A stretch of 62,260 nucleotides of DNA, taken from a virus (Duplodnaviria; Caudoviricetes). The notes under the pieces were generated by a model that searched no databases, had not been told where the DNA came from, and worked only from the letters and a program-made list of their open reading frames with translations. Both the position numbers and the translations under genes were made by a program. The stretch covers positions 1 to 62,260 of IMG/VR virus record IMGVR_UViG_3300038429_000202. One strand, 5' to 3'. Of the stretch, positions 17,586-27,074 are shown one piece after another. The stretch's first letter is position 1. Each line of letters begins with the position of its first letter.

Positions 17586-19754
17586 CTATTGTATCCGATG
17601 CGCACTAATTGTGCTGTCTTTGCTATTACCAGATCCGTTGAAGTGCATGGTGCCCGTTGTTTGCGAAGCGTCCTTACAACTAATCCTGATATTGCCTGCA
17701 GGAGAAGTTATGAAGCCTGACAGAGCAGTATTTATGTAAAGATTCGCAGCGGGCGTGTCATTTCTCGAGCTAGATATAATCGTGGTGCCATCCCAAAGTT
17801 TGCAGTCGATGGCATCAATCCCGACCGTTCCGCTTTGGATCGCTACCGTTCCACTCGCCCACCACGTTCCCGTCCCCCCCTGCGCAACACTCGGCCCATC
17901 GAAATAGGTTGAAGTGTTATTAAGCGCTACGTCTCCGCTCAAGGAGTTGGTGATTGCCGCCGGGTTAATTCCTATCGTGATATTAGGAGCCGATGTCGTC
18001 GCGGTAATTATGCCACTATTGTTTATGGTGACGTTGCCGGTCAAACTATTGACTGCCGAAACCGATCCGGCGGAAGCGACCGACGACACCGTAGCTTGTT
18101 TAAGCGCTCCGGATGCTGACGAATCCGAAATCAGGATGAGGTCTCCGGCCGCCGGGCTCGCCTTGACGGTCAAAGCCGCGATCGTTGAGAATTGCGGTGC
18201 GGCGCTACTAGAAGTAAAATTACCTTCAAGCGTCCACGCAGCAGCGTTTGCCTGCTTGGCAACAGTCACTGCGCTGTTAGCGATCGTCACCGCACCGCCC
18301 GAGGTTACTGTGGTGATATCGCCGCTTAGGGTTTGACATGCTGGCGCTACCGACGTCACCCCCACCGGTATCTGACCGTTGGTGCAAGCGGTTATGGATG
18401 CTGGTGTTGCCCCCGCGCCACCTCCAATAAGAATCCCATTGGCGGCCAGGAGCCCAGACGAAGCTATCGTGCTGGATCCGGTAAATCCAAGAATACCTCC
18501 GGACGTTCCGTTGGCCAGTCCGGTGCCGCCGCCGGAAGGCGGAACGACAAGCGAGAATGTATACGACCCGGCACCCGTCCGCTGTACAAATCCGGTCGAG
18601 GCAAAACCGGTGATATTATCTAGGCAAGTGCCCGACGCAGACGAACAATTTGTCCCTCCCCCCGCAAGACCTAGAGTTCCGAACGACATCGCGGTTGAGC
18701 CGCCACCGCCGGAAAGAAGCGGCTGCCCCAGCGATCCGGCCGTTGTTGGCAGGTTAAAGTTGTAGGCAGATGTCGTCGAAGGGTTTTGCACAGTAACTGT
18801 GCCGGTGCCCGACCCCGCCGGGGCCAATGCGAGCTGGCCAGTAGTGGTGCCGGCAAGTCCGAGGGTTAAAGCTGGCGAAACCCAAGTAAAAGCTACTGAC
18901 CCGCCTAGCGATGTCAAGCTGTTAAACTGCACTTGCGTATTTGAACCGCCGGCTGATCCAGAACCTGCCGCACATGACGACCATATCGGATCAGACGCGC
19001 CTTGACTGAGCAAGCACTGCCCGACGTTTATCGTGGCGACAGAATGAAACGCGTTAGTGCCCTCACCGATCAGCACACCGTTGGCACTATAGGACGAAGA
19101 AAATGGAATGCCGTTGACGGATTGCAGGGTAAGTGCGCCAGCTGCAGTTACAGATGAGACATCGCCTGATAGGGTTTTCCATAAAAAAACTGACCCGGTT
19201 TGTCCGATCAAAAATTGTCCGTTAGTGCCGGCACCGGTCGACCCGAGGGACGAAGTTGTGGAGTAATACGGCAATCCGAACTGGGTGCCAGCTCCGATCG
19301 ACGTCCCGCAATCGACGACAAGGCCAAGCGTACCGCTGAAGCATGGGAGATGGCCGGTGACAGCCGCGCCGGACAGCTGAAGGAAGCTGCTGCCGCCAGT
19401 CGGAATAACCACCGGCGTGCCGTTGATGACGAACTGGAGATTCTGGGGGGAAGCGGTGCCGTAATTCTGCAGGCTGATGGTGGCCGGACCGGCGGTCGAG
19501 GCCCCAAAGCAAAGCTGGTTGCGTCCGGCGGCGGTCTGTCGGTCGGACGAGACGCAAATCCCACTTCCGCCTGGGTTAGTGACGCCAATCGAGGAAATTG
19601 GGCTGTCGGCAGCCGACCCGCCGTCTCCGATGACCCCGCTGGTAAGCCAGTAGGGGATATGATTACGAGTGACGGTACCGGACTGTTGGACAGACTGGGC
19701 GAAGGCCGGGACGGCGGCCAGAAGGGCGGCGGAAACCAGTAGTTTCTTCAACAT
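17586..19754 (-). CDS. Tail fibre-like protein (722 aa) with a Sec signal peptide
   Basis: MLKKLLVSAALLAAVPAFA|Q; G/S/T-rich fibre motifs (LSGDV, GGTG, SAVNSLTGNVTI); 12 Cys. Confidence 0.7.
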   Translation of the reverse strand: MLKKLLVSAALLAAVPAFAQSVQQSGTVTRNHIPYWLTSGVIGDGGSAADSPISSIGVTNPGGSGICVSSDRQTAAGRNQLCFGASTAGPATISLQNYGTASPQNLQFVINGTPVVIPTGGSSFLQLSGAAVTGHLPCFSGTLGLVVDCGTSIGAGTQFGLPYYSTTSSLGSTGAGTNGQFLIGQTGSVFLWKTLSGDVSSVTAAGALTLQSVNGIPFSSSYSANGVLIGEGTNAFHSVATINVGQCLLSQGASDPIWSSCAAGSGSAGGSNTQVQFNSLTSLGGSVAFTWVSPALTLGLAGTTTGQLALAPAGSGTGTVTVQNPSTTSAYNFNLPTTAGSLGQPLLSGGGGSTAMSFGTLGLAGGGTNCSSASGTCLDNITGFASTGFVQRTGAGSYTFSLVVPPSGGGTGLANGTSGGILGFTGSSTIASSGLLAANGILIGGGAGATPASITACTNGQIPVGVTSVAPACQTLSGDITTVTSGGAVTIANSAVTVAKQANAAAWTLEGNFTSSSAAPQFSTIAALTVKASPAAGDLILISDSSASGALKQATVSSVASAGSVSAVNSLTGNVTINNSGIITATTSAPNITIGINPAAITNSLSGDVALNNTSTYFDGPSVAQGGTGTWWASGTVAIQSGTVGIDAIDCKLWDGTTIISSSRNDTPAANLYINTALSGFITSPAGNIRISCKDASQTTGTMHFNGSGNSKDSTISAHRIQ

Positions 19755-19816
19755 GCGACCTGCCTCACAAACGCTGGAAGCGCTTGCTTAGCACGGACCC
19801 GGGCAATTCCCAAGGC

Positions 19817-20083
19817 CTAGCCCCGGCGGAAACCCTGCTGCCTCGGGACGTTATCCATGGCGGCCACCGCGACGTTGGCGATAGTCTGGACCGAGGCCCA
19901 GAAGATCGAGGCTTCCTCCTGATTGAGCATCAGGGAGCGGAAAATCGCCTCGTCATCGGTGCCGGGCGGGATCAGCAGGAAGGCGCCGCCGAATTTGGCG
20001 CCCTTGTTGAGCCGGATCTGGCGGGCCATGTCCTCGAACAACAGGGCGCGCTTCTCGGACTCGTCGAGCTGTTCGTCAGACAT
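19817..20083 (-). CDS. Hypothetical protein
   Basis: GAGGCGG RBS; operon packing. Confidence 0.6.
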   Translation of the reverse strand: MSDEQLDESEKRALLFEDMARQIRLNKGAKFGGAFLLIPPGTDDEAIFRSLMLNQEEASIFWASVQTIANVAVAAMDNVPRQQGFRRG

Positions 20084-20291
20084 CCACCGCCTCAAGCAAG
20101 TCGTCGATCAAAGGAACGAGGTGTTTTGCGTCTACACGCAGCGGCTCGTGATTGATGGGCCAGCGTCGCCCGGTCAACGCATTCCACAAGCCTTCCCGCT
20201 CCTCAGCCATATTGGCCAGCACCGTGCGGCACTGTCTGAGGGCGAGGACCAAGTCATCAACTCGAATATCGCCGGTCACACATACCTCCAC
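20076..20291 (-). CDS. Hypothetical protein
   Basis: Operon packing; start uncertain. Confidence 0.5.
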   Translation of the reverse strand: MEVCVTGDIRVDDLVLALRQCRTVLANMAEEREGLWNALTGRRWPINHEPLRVDAKHLVPLIDDLLEAVDV

Positions 20292-20497
20292 GAGTCGGCA
20301 AACGGTTTGATATCAGACAGGAACATCGAGCCGACCGACGGTGCCCGCGACAGTTGCTCGGCAGTGCCTTCGTCGAAGCCCTTATAGGCCGCGGTTCTTC
20401 CCTTCTTCTTGAAAGTCACTGTGAGTTCCTGGGTGTCTTCATCCCACCCGACTTCGGATATCATCTCAGAGAAGACCGGTTTCGACCACGTTGCCAT
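20276..20497 (-). CDS. KTSC-domain protein
   Basis: SEMISEVGWDEDTQELTVTF...Y...APSVGSMFLSDIK. Confidence 0.8.
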   Translation of the reverse strand: MATWSKPVFSEMISEVGWDEDTQELTVTFKKKGRTAAYKGFDEGTAEQLSRAPSVGSMFLSDIKPFADSWRYV

Positions 20498-21884
20498 GCA
20501 CTTTCTCCTTCAAGGCTTCGACGATCCGCTCGAACACGGGCTCCCAGCGCATGTCATCTTTTTGCTGAAATACGCGATGTTTTGGCGTCCACAGCCGGTT
20601 CGTCCCGTCGGAACCGAGCCTGTAATCGCGACCTAAATGCGAATATGGTATCCAGCATTCTTTATCGCACATGCTGGCGATGTGGCCGAGAGCTGACTCG
20701 ACAGAAATTACGAGATCTAACTCCGACAACACAAAACAGCTATCGGCCACGTCGCGTAGATATCCACTTAGGTCGCGAATCAGCGGAGCAAAGCCCCACA
20801 GGTTCAGGTCGGTCTTCTTGGCATCGACCTGCAACGAATATAACTGAATCCCCGGCACTCGGTACAGCTCCATGAAGTGGTGGATTGGAATGTTCCGATG
20901 CTTGTCGATGTCGTTCAGCGGTGAGCCGGACCATGCGATACCAATGTGGAATTGGCGATCAGCAACCTTCCACTGGTTCGACATCGGCGGGCGCGGCATG
21001 CCGATGTTCGGAGCCGATTTTATTTCAGCGTCGGATAATCCCAGGGCGAAAGGTAGGCTGACAAACGTCGACCAAGCGTCGGCATCGCCGGGAAAGTTCG
21101 AAGGCGACGGCAGAAAATTGAGATTCGGAAGATGCCGGAACGCGTGCTCGAAGACACGACGTAGCTCACTTTGAACGCACATGTGAATGAATCGACACCG
21201 CTTCGAGGCCGCTTCCACAAAGCGTGCATACGATAGCGTGTCGCCGAGACCCTGATCGGCCACCAGGAACAACGTCTTGCCATTCTCGCCCTTCCACTTC
21301 GGGTACGGGTATAAGAGAAAATTCGGCAGCCGCGCCTCGAAGCGGGATTCGAAATGCTTCAATCCCGCAGCGTATTGCCCGTCGAACAATAGTGCAAACG
21401 CCAGTTGGAATTCAGCGATCGCATTGTAAGTGCCGTCTTCGGTCCGGGCGAGATCGTAGCACTTCTTGGCATAGCCAACGGCAACATCGGTTTCGCCGAA
21501 TATCTGATGGCACATCGACATGTGCATATACGGCAGCGACGACTTCGGCTCAAGATTGATCGCTTCGTGAAGCAAGGGCAAAGCTTCCTTGTGCCCGCCC
21601 AACTTCATAAGCTCCCATGCGAGATTGGTCAGGGTCTTGTGCCGCTCGTTCGGGGTCTGCTCGCATTCGAGCGTGCGACGAAACAGGGCGACGGCGGCAT
21701 GCGGACGAACCAAATCGGAAGCCGTGCAGCCGTTGACGTACAGCGCATGGCCCCAAGACGGGTCGGCATACACGGCAGAATTCAAAAGCTGATAGGCGTG
21801 ATCTTGGTTGGTTGGCGCCGATTTGTCGCGGGCTGCCTCCTCTCCGCGAATCAATAGTTTTTCAGCCTGCTCGCGATTGCCCAT
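20466..21884 (-). CDS. TPR-repeat GT-B glycosyltransferase (GT9-like)
   Basis: N-terminal TPRs; DQGLGDTLSYARF, IGIAWSGSP, DLVISVESALGH. Confidence 0.85.
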   Translation of the reverse strand: MGNREQAEKLLIRGEEAARDKSAPTNQDHAYQLLNSAVYADPSWGHALYVNGCTASDLVRPHAAVALFRRTLECEQTPNERHKTLTNLAWELMKLGGHKEALPLLHEAINLEPKSSLPYMHMSMCHQIFGETDVAVGYAKKCYDLARTEDGTYNAIAEFQLAFALLFDGQYAAGLKHFESRFEARLPNFLLYPYPKWKGENGKTLFLVADQGLGDTLSYARFVEAASKRCRFIHMCVQSELRRVFEHAFRHLPNLNFLPSPSNFPGDADAWSTFVSLPFALGLSDAEIKSAPNIGMPRPPMSNQWKVADRQFHIGIAWSGSPLNDIDKHRNIPIHHFMELYRVPGIQLYSLQVDAKKTDLNLWGFAPLIRDLSGYLRDVADSCFVLSELDLVISVESALGHIASMCDKECWIPYSHLGRDYRLGSDGTNRLWTPKHRVFQQKDDMRWEPVFERIVEALKEKVHGNVVETGLL

Positions 21885-22083
21885 TCTGCGTCCTCAACTC
21901 GTGCGCGTCACAAATGCTGTGGCCCTGCTGACGCCGGCCGAACGGGGTACCTTCCGGGGCGCCGAACGAGAAATCGTGAACCCACTCGAACGTGTCGAGG
22001 CGCCGGCGCACCGGCTCGCCTGCCTTGCAGTGCGGGCACAGCTCCTTGCACTTGGCTTCGAGTTCTTCGGGGATCATGTCCAA
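21862..22083 (-). CDS. Small Cys/His protein
   Basis: CPHC...H..C; operon packing. Confidence 0.5.
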   Translation of the reverse strand: MDMIPEELEAKCKELCPHCKAGEPVRRRLDTFEWVHDFSFGAPEGTPFGRRQQGHSICDAHELRTQNGQSRAG

Positions 22084-22361
22084 ATATACCCTCCTTTGGG
22101 CAGCGCCATCTTTACAGCGGGCCAGCGAATTTTTACGCCATACACTTCAACCTGCATCCAGCACGAACCATCAGGGTGCTCTATTACTTTTCCCATTCTG
22201 GGATCACCTGCTCGATAAACCATCGTTGGCATTTCCCGCAGCTGAGTCAGCATGCGAATACCCTGCTCGTGGTTTTTCAGCAAAATACAATCGGGCGGCT
22301 CGAACCCGGCAGCCTTGAACGTATGCACGCATCGCCCAACAGCTTCTATGAAGTCTGTCAC
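22074..22361 (-). CDS. Hypothetical protein
   Basis: GTGA overlap with the recombinase gene. Confidence 0.55.
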   Translation of the reverse strand: MTDFIEAVGRCVHTFKAAGFEPPDCILLKNHEQGIRMLTQLREMPTMVYRAGDPRMGKVIEHPDGSCWMQVEVYGVKIRWPAVKMALPKGGYIWT

Positions 22362-23053
22362 TGCTGGGCTTCCTGCATCACCACCCGCCGGATCGCCATC
22401 GCCGTGAACGGTTTGCCGGCTCGCGACAGAATGCCGGCCTCGGCGAGCTTGCGCGACGTACCGATCAAGCCTTCATTCTGGTACAACTGCTTCATCTTCA
22501 CCAGCGTCTCCCGCTCCTTCTCATCCGACACAAGTAGCGCAGACCTGCCCTCGCCCTCTTTACGGAAACCGAATGGGACGTTGCCGACCGGGCCGCCCTT
22601 CGCCTTCTTGGCCTTGCGGCCCTCGGCGGTGCGCTCGCGGATCCTGATCCGCTCCATGTCGGCGACAGCGGCAAGAATGGTGAACAGCAGGCGGGCGGTT
22701 CCCTCACCGGTCACGGGTTCGTGCCCCATGTCGTACAGCACGAGATGGACACCCTTCTCCTTGAACAACTCCAGCATGTTGAGCGCATCGACGGCAGAGC
22801 GAAACATGCGATCGAGCTTGCTGGCAATCACGGTGTCGCCGGTCGCCATGTCGGCCAGCAACTGAGCACCGGCCTCGCGCTTGGACAACTTGACCCCGCC
22901 GGACACTCCAGCATCGGTGTAAATCTGCACGCCGTACTTATCGACGCCGCGGGCGCGGGCGAAGCCCTCGATAATGTCCTGCTGGACTTGCAGGCTTGAA
23001 CGATCCGCATTGGCCTGATCGGCGGTACTAACTCTTACGTAGCCTAGGATCAT
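22358..23053 (-). CDS. Serine recombinase (resolvase catalytic domain plus a short recombinase-type DNA-binding domain)
   Basis: GYVRVST, D.GVSG, KLDRMFR, ER..IRER, PFGF. Confidence 0.92.
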   Translation of the reverse strand: MILGYVRVSTADQANADRSSLQVQQDIIEGFARARGVDKYGVQIYTDAGVSGGVKLSKREAGAQLLADMATGDTVIASKLDRMFRSAVDALNMLELFKEKGVHLVLYDMGHEPVTGEGTARLLFTILAAVADMERIRIRERTAEGRKAKKAKGGPVGNVPFGFRKEGEGRSALLVSDEKERETLVKMKQLYQNEGLIGTSRKLAEAGILSRAGKPFTAMAIRRVVMQEAQQ

Positions 23054-23089
23054 ATTCCTCTCCCCGATTTGTACTACAACTTGACTACC

Positions 23090-24088
23090 TCAAGCCGGGG
23101 CCTTCGTCAAGGCCTGATCACGCACCCACGGATAGGTAATGGCCAGCCCCATCATCAGCGAGGTTTTCGGTTCCCATGCTAATACTTTCTTGGCTAAGGT
23201 GTTGTCCGAGCCACGGGAATGGACGCCGACCGGCCCCGGCTCGCTCTCCCATGCCAGTACCTTGTTGGCAGTCCGACACACCGCCTCGAACAGATCGATA
23301 ATCGACACCGTCTCGCCGTGCGCGATATTGACCGGGCCCTGGCAGTCCGACTCCATCAGTTTGAGCATGCCGTCGATCACGTCGTCGACGTAGGTGAACG
23401 ACCGCCGCTGGGTGCCGTCGCCCCAGAGCTTGACAGTTCCCGCATAAGAAGCTTCTGCAACTTTTTTGCATATCGCCGCGACAGCTTTAGATCGAGGAGC
23501 CTGCCATTCGCAATATGGCCCGTAAGTATTGCCGATCCGTCCAATGCGAATTTCAAGTCCGTGATTTCTAGCATAGGCGTCGTACAATTTCTCGGCATAC
23601 AGTTTCTCCTGCCCGAACGCGAACGTATTGAACGAGGCATCCTGCTCCCGCCACGGCTGGATGACATGATCCGGGATGCGCTCGGCCGCGAACGGATCGA
23701 TCTCGATGGTGTCGGGGTAGACGCACTGGCTGGAGGCGAACAGGATCTTCTCGCATGCGCCGGTCTGCCGGATCGCTTCGAGGGTGTGCAGGTTGATCTT
23801 CAGTGAATTAGTAAGAATAGCAGCGTCATTGTCGCCGATACCAATATAGCCAAGCCCGCCGACTTCCCCAGCGACTTGGTAACACTCGTCGAAATGATGG
23901 CGGAAAAAATGATGATGGAAATCAGCAGTATTGGTGAGGTCCAGGATATTGTATTCATTGGCTACCGACTTTCGATAGGCGGGGGGATGGCGGGCGATGC
24001 TGACGACGAAGTGGCCTTCGGCTTTCAGGCGATGCTCTAACGCTGACCCCAAAAATCCCGCCGCGCCTAAAATTAAAACTTTTTTCAC
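23090..24088 (-). CDS. GDP-mannose 3,5-epimerase-like NAD-dependent epimerase
   Basis: GAAGFLG, GGLGYI, SSQCVYP, KAVAAICKKV, WGDGTQRRSFTYVDD; the YxxxK motif reads FGQEK. Confidence 0.85.
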   Translation of the reverse strand: MKKVLILGAAGFLGSALEHRLKAEGHFVVSIARHPPAYRKSVANEYNILDLTNTADFHHHFFRHHFDECYQVAGEVGGLGYIGIGDNDAAILTNSLKINLHTLEAIRQTGACEKILFASSQCVYPDTIEIDPFAAERIPDHVIQPWREQDASFNTFAFGQEKLYAEKLYDAYARNHGLEIRIGRIGNTYGPYCEWQAPRSKAVAAICKKVAEASYAGTVKLWGDGTQRRSFTYVDDVIDGMLKLMESDCQGPVNIAHGETVSIIDLFEAVCRTANKVLAWESEPGPVGVHSRGSDNTLAKKVLAWEPKTSLMMGLAITYPWVRDQALTKAPA

Positions 24089-24417
24089 AGATCAACCTCC
24101 CCAATACTCCCCAGCCATGGAAGTTCGACACGGGCCATCAGGTATCCTTCCGCATACGGATTGCTTTCGGGACGAAGCACAATTACCACCCCGGCACCCG
24201 GGAAATAGGTTGTCCAGTATTCGTGCGATGAATCAAACCAGTTCTTATCCGGCAGCAGCCGAGACAAAATTATAATTGCCTTGGCGAATTGTCCGATCTC
24301 GCGGCGCACCGGAGCTTTCGATTGCTCGCCAACGCCCCAGTAATACCAGTCGCGAAACGCGCCTTCGCTCAGTTCATAAACGTACCAAGTTTCGGGTTTT
24401 GTGATCGGCAGTGGCAT
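24085..24417 (-). CDS. Hypothetical protein
   Basis: GGAGG RBS; TAATG overlap. Confidence 0.55.
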   Translation of the reverse strand: MPLPITKPETWYVYELSEGAFRDWYYWGVGEQSKAPVRREIGQFAKAIIILSRLLPDKNWFDSSHEYWTTYFPGAGVVIVLRPESNPYAEGYLMARVELPWLGSIGEVDL

Positions 24418-25664
24418 TATTTCGCCTCCGGCAACTGATCCCACGAAAACCTGAACGTGCTGTCGAGCAGCTGGGGATCGGCGGTCTGCAGCCCGTAGAA
24501 CACCGCGCCCTCGCTCATCTCCATCGTGATTTGCCGCGGCACCGGGCCGCCCGGCACGTTGATCGAGCCGAACTGCTGCATGCCTCCGGGCAAGTCCGGC
24601 GCGAAGTTAAATCCAGAGCGGGTGTCCGTGATAGCCACCCTGGCGCCGGTGGTCCCGCCAGTGACGTGGAAGGAGCAGGAACCAGAAGTGCGCACGGAAA
24701 GAGATGCGCCGCCCGGACCAGTGCGGTAGGCGAAGGGGCCCCACCCCTGGGCCCATTGTAATTCCAAACTGCCTTGCCATGGTTCGAGCCCCGCGAGGTT
24801 GCCGAGTTGATGAGGGAAGAAAAGCATACCGGTGCCGTCGCGGTGGATGATACCAGGAAGTTCGATCTGATGCACGCCGGCGCGGATGGCGAGGAGGTTA
24901 CCTCGATAGATCTCGAATGCCTCGTCATTCCAGTTCATCGGGTCGTCGGCCGCGACCAATTTCAAACCTTGCTGCTCAAGCGGCGGGTTCTGCCCGATCA
25001 TCCGGCATTTAGCGGGAGTCAGCGCGAGGCTGGCAAGGCCGTGGCTGGCGAGCTGAGTCTCGAACTGCCAATCCGTCGTTGTCCATTGTTCATTACCTCG
25101 AAAAGCAGCATAGGTCGCTACATCAATCCCGGACAACTGAGCCCACAACAGGCGAGTGGTTGGCCACCATGAAGTCCTGAAAGAACGAAGAACGATCTCT
25201 GCGGCTTCCCGCGTGAAAATAATAAATCCTGCTCCAATGTTATGCATGACGGCCCAGCCATCACGCTGGATAAGGACGCGGTCGACGTAAGAACGGGGTG
25301 AAACTGCTCCAACGCTAAGACCATCTGCTTTCCCTTTCTCGAACAACTCCATCGTCGGCTCGAACCAGTCCTCGTCAAGCAGGACGTCGTTCTCGAGCAG
25401 GCCGATATGAGTGTAGTTGGCCCCCGAGCGTAACATAGCCGACAGCTTCCACGCGATCGCCGCGTCGGCCCCTCCGCGCACGTAGACAGGAGCTTCAACA
25501 CAATGCTCCGAGTGCTTGGCCCAATACTCCTTACCTTCATAGGTATTTGACCCATCGCACCACCACAGTGATGCGCAATCGCCCGCCGTATCCATCAAGC
25601 GGGGGAAAGTCTGCCTCGTCAGCTCGACCTGATCCTTCGTGCTGTAGCCGATCGCGAGTTTCAT
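24417..25664 (-). CDS. Putative GT-A (GT2-like) glycosyltransferase with a C-terminal beta domain
   Basis: WCDGS and IGLLENDVLLDEDW (DxD-like); glycan gene context. Confidence 0.65.
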   Translation of the reverse strand: MKLAIGYSTKDQVELTRQTFPRLMDTAGDCASLWWCDGSNTYEGKEYWAKHSEHCVEAPVYVRGGADAAIAWKLSAMLRSGANYTHIGLLENDVLLDEDWFEPTMELFEKGKADGLSVGAVSPRSYVDRVLIQRDGWAVMHNIGAGFIIFTREAAEIVLRSFRTSWWPTTRLLWAQLSGIDVATYAAFRGNEQWTTTDWQFETQLASHGLASLALTPAKCRMIGQNPPLEQQGLKLVAADDPMNWNDEAFEIYRGNLLAIRAGVHQIELPGIIHRDGTGMLFFPHQLGNLAGLEPWQGSLELQWAQGWGPFAYRTGPGGASLSVRTSGSCSFHVTGGTTGARVAITDTRSGFNFAPDLPGGMQQFGSINVPGGPVPRQITMEMSEGAVFYGLQTADPQLLDSTFRFSWDQLPEAK

Positions 25665-26716
25665 AGGACAGACTCGCAATCATCCAGCCATTTATGCGCC
25701 GCGTAGATCGCCTCGTCCGGCAGCCAGTCGCAATGTTCGAGCGTGCTATAGATCGTGCGCGTATCCTCGATCACGGACTTGCCGGGTAGCGGGATGTGAT
25801 CGAGCAGTTCGGCCAGCACCGCGACATTCTCCATCCCGTCAATCTCGCGACGAAGGTCGGTAATCAGGTTGTGCTCGTTGCGCTGCTGGTAGGTGAAGGG
25901 CGGGCCGAAGTGGACATGCAGGTTGCGCTCGCGGGCGACGCGCTGGACGATCAGACTGGCATAGATGTCGTCATGGCGGCCGACGCCGGACATCATGAAC
26001 CACGCCGGGATGAGCTCACGGATCACCGCGGTATTTTGCGAGTTGAACACCGTCCATGTATGCGGGTCGACGACAATGCCGGTCTGCCCGAGCAGGTGAA
26101 CGCCGCCGATGTCGGGTCGATGCTCCATGCGGGTGACCGCGTCGATGTCGGGGTCACCGATCACGAGGCCGGCGACTACGCCTATCTTGACGTCGGTGAC
26201 GGGGCCTGCGTGATTTACGTTCCGATGGCTCCACGGGATGCCACGGTGGCGGGTCTGCGGGATCAGCAGCGAGCCGGGATCGAACCATCCATTCGGGCCG
26301 GAAATCTTGATGCCGTTGAAAAGCTTCGGCTCGCCCCCCGCATACATCCACGTGCCGGCGCTGTTCAACTCACCGCGACGATATTCGAAACGAGAACCGA
26401 TGTTTTCAAAATGCTGAGTGTCGACATTCAGATTATCATTGTCCCACGAATAGATGACGTCGGCACCCCACTTCAACGCCTCGAGGAAAGCGATGTTGCG
26501 GCGGGCGATCGTATTCCACCCGAGGGCTTCGGAACATTTCCAGTCCGACTGGATGGCTTCCGGCAGCATCTTCGTGTCGCCGTCTGCGATTGCATAGATT
26601 TCACTTGGCGTTTTCTTATCGAACGCAACAAAGAACCGGACCTCACCCGAACACTTGCGCATCAGCTTGAGCGCGTGCGGGACGTGGATGGTGGTGGTGC
26701 AAAGCGCGATCTTCAT
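25661..26716 (-). CDS. STELLO / reversibly glycosylated polypeptide (GT75, UDP-Ara mutase)-like protein
   Basis: TTTIH.P, ARRNIAFL, WDNDN, DPDIDAVTR, FNSQNT, RHDDIYAS, QQRNEHNL..DL..E. Confidence 0.8.
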   Translation of the reverse strand: MKIALCTTTIHVPHALKLMRKCSGEVRFFVAFDKKTPSEIYAIADGDTKMLPEAIQSDWKCSEALGWNTIARRNIAFLEALKWGADVIYSWDNDNLNVDTQHFENIGSRFEYRRGELNSAGTWMYAGGEPKLFNGIKISGPNGWFDPGSLLIPQTRHRGIPWSHRNVNHAGPVTDVKIGVVAGLVIGDPDIDAVTRMEHRPDIGGVHLLGQTGIVVDPHTWTVFNSQNTAVIRELIPAWFMMSGVGRHDDIYASLIVQRVARERNLHVHFGPPFTYQQRNEHNLITDLRREIDGMENVAVLAELLDHIPLPGKSVIEDTRTIYSTLEHCDWLPDEAIYAAHKWLDDCESVL

Positions 26717-26871
26717 TTCTTCCTCGGCTTGTTGCCGGTAAACGGGCGGATGCCCAGCTTGCGCTGGAACTGCTTGACGAAACTCTCGCTGACGCCGAGG
26801 TGGTGCGCCAGGATGGCCGGAGAAATTTCCGGATGATCGCGCAAGTATTTCTCTCGGGACTCGGAGTACAT
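26713..26871 (-). CDS. Small HTH-like protein (52 aa)
   Basis: ISPAILAHHLGVSESFV; TGATG overlap. Confidence 0.55.
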   Translation of the reverse strand: MYSESREKYLRDHPEISPAILAHHLGVSESFVKQFQRKLGIRPFTGNKPRKK

Positions 26872-27074
26872 CACTGGCCGCTTTCGAGGGTAGAGGTCGG
26901 GAGCGCGCGTTTTGCCTGATGGAACGTCAACCAATTTGTAAGTATCTCCTTGATCAGGAAGCTCTTGCTCCAGTCGCGCTTGCGCGCCTCCTCGTCCAAC
27001 GCCCGGTCAAGCGCCGGCGGCACGCGGAAACTCCGCGATACCACTCGTTTCTTCGGTCGGCGCTTGAAAGGCAT
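26871..27074 (-). CDS. Ribbon-helix-helix (Arc/CopG-like) regulator
   Basis: SRSFRVPPALDRALDEEARKRDWSKSFLIKEIL; start ATG 27074. Confidence 0.8.
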   Translation of the reverse strand: MPFKRRPKKRVVSRSFRVPPALDRALDEEARKRDWSKSFLIKEILTNWLTFHQAKRALPTSTLESGQ

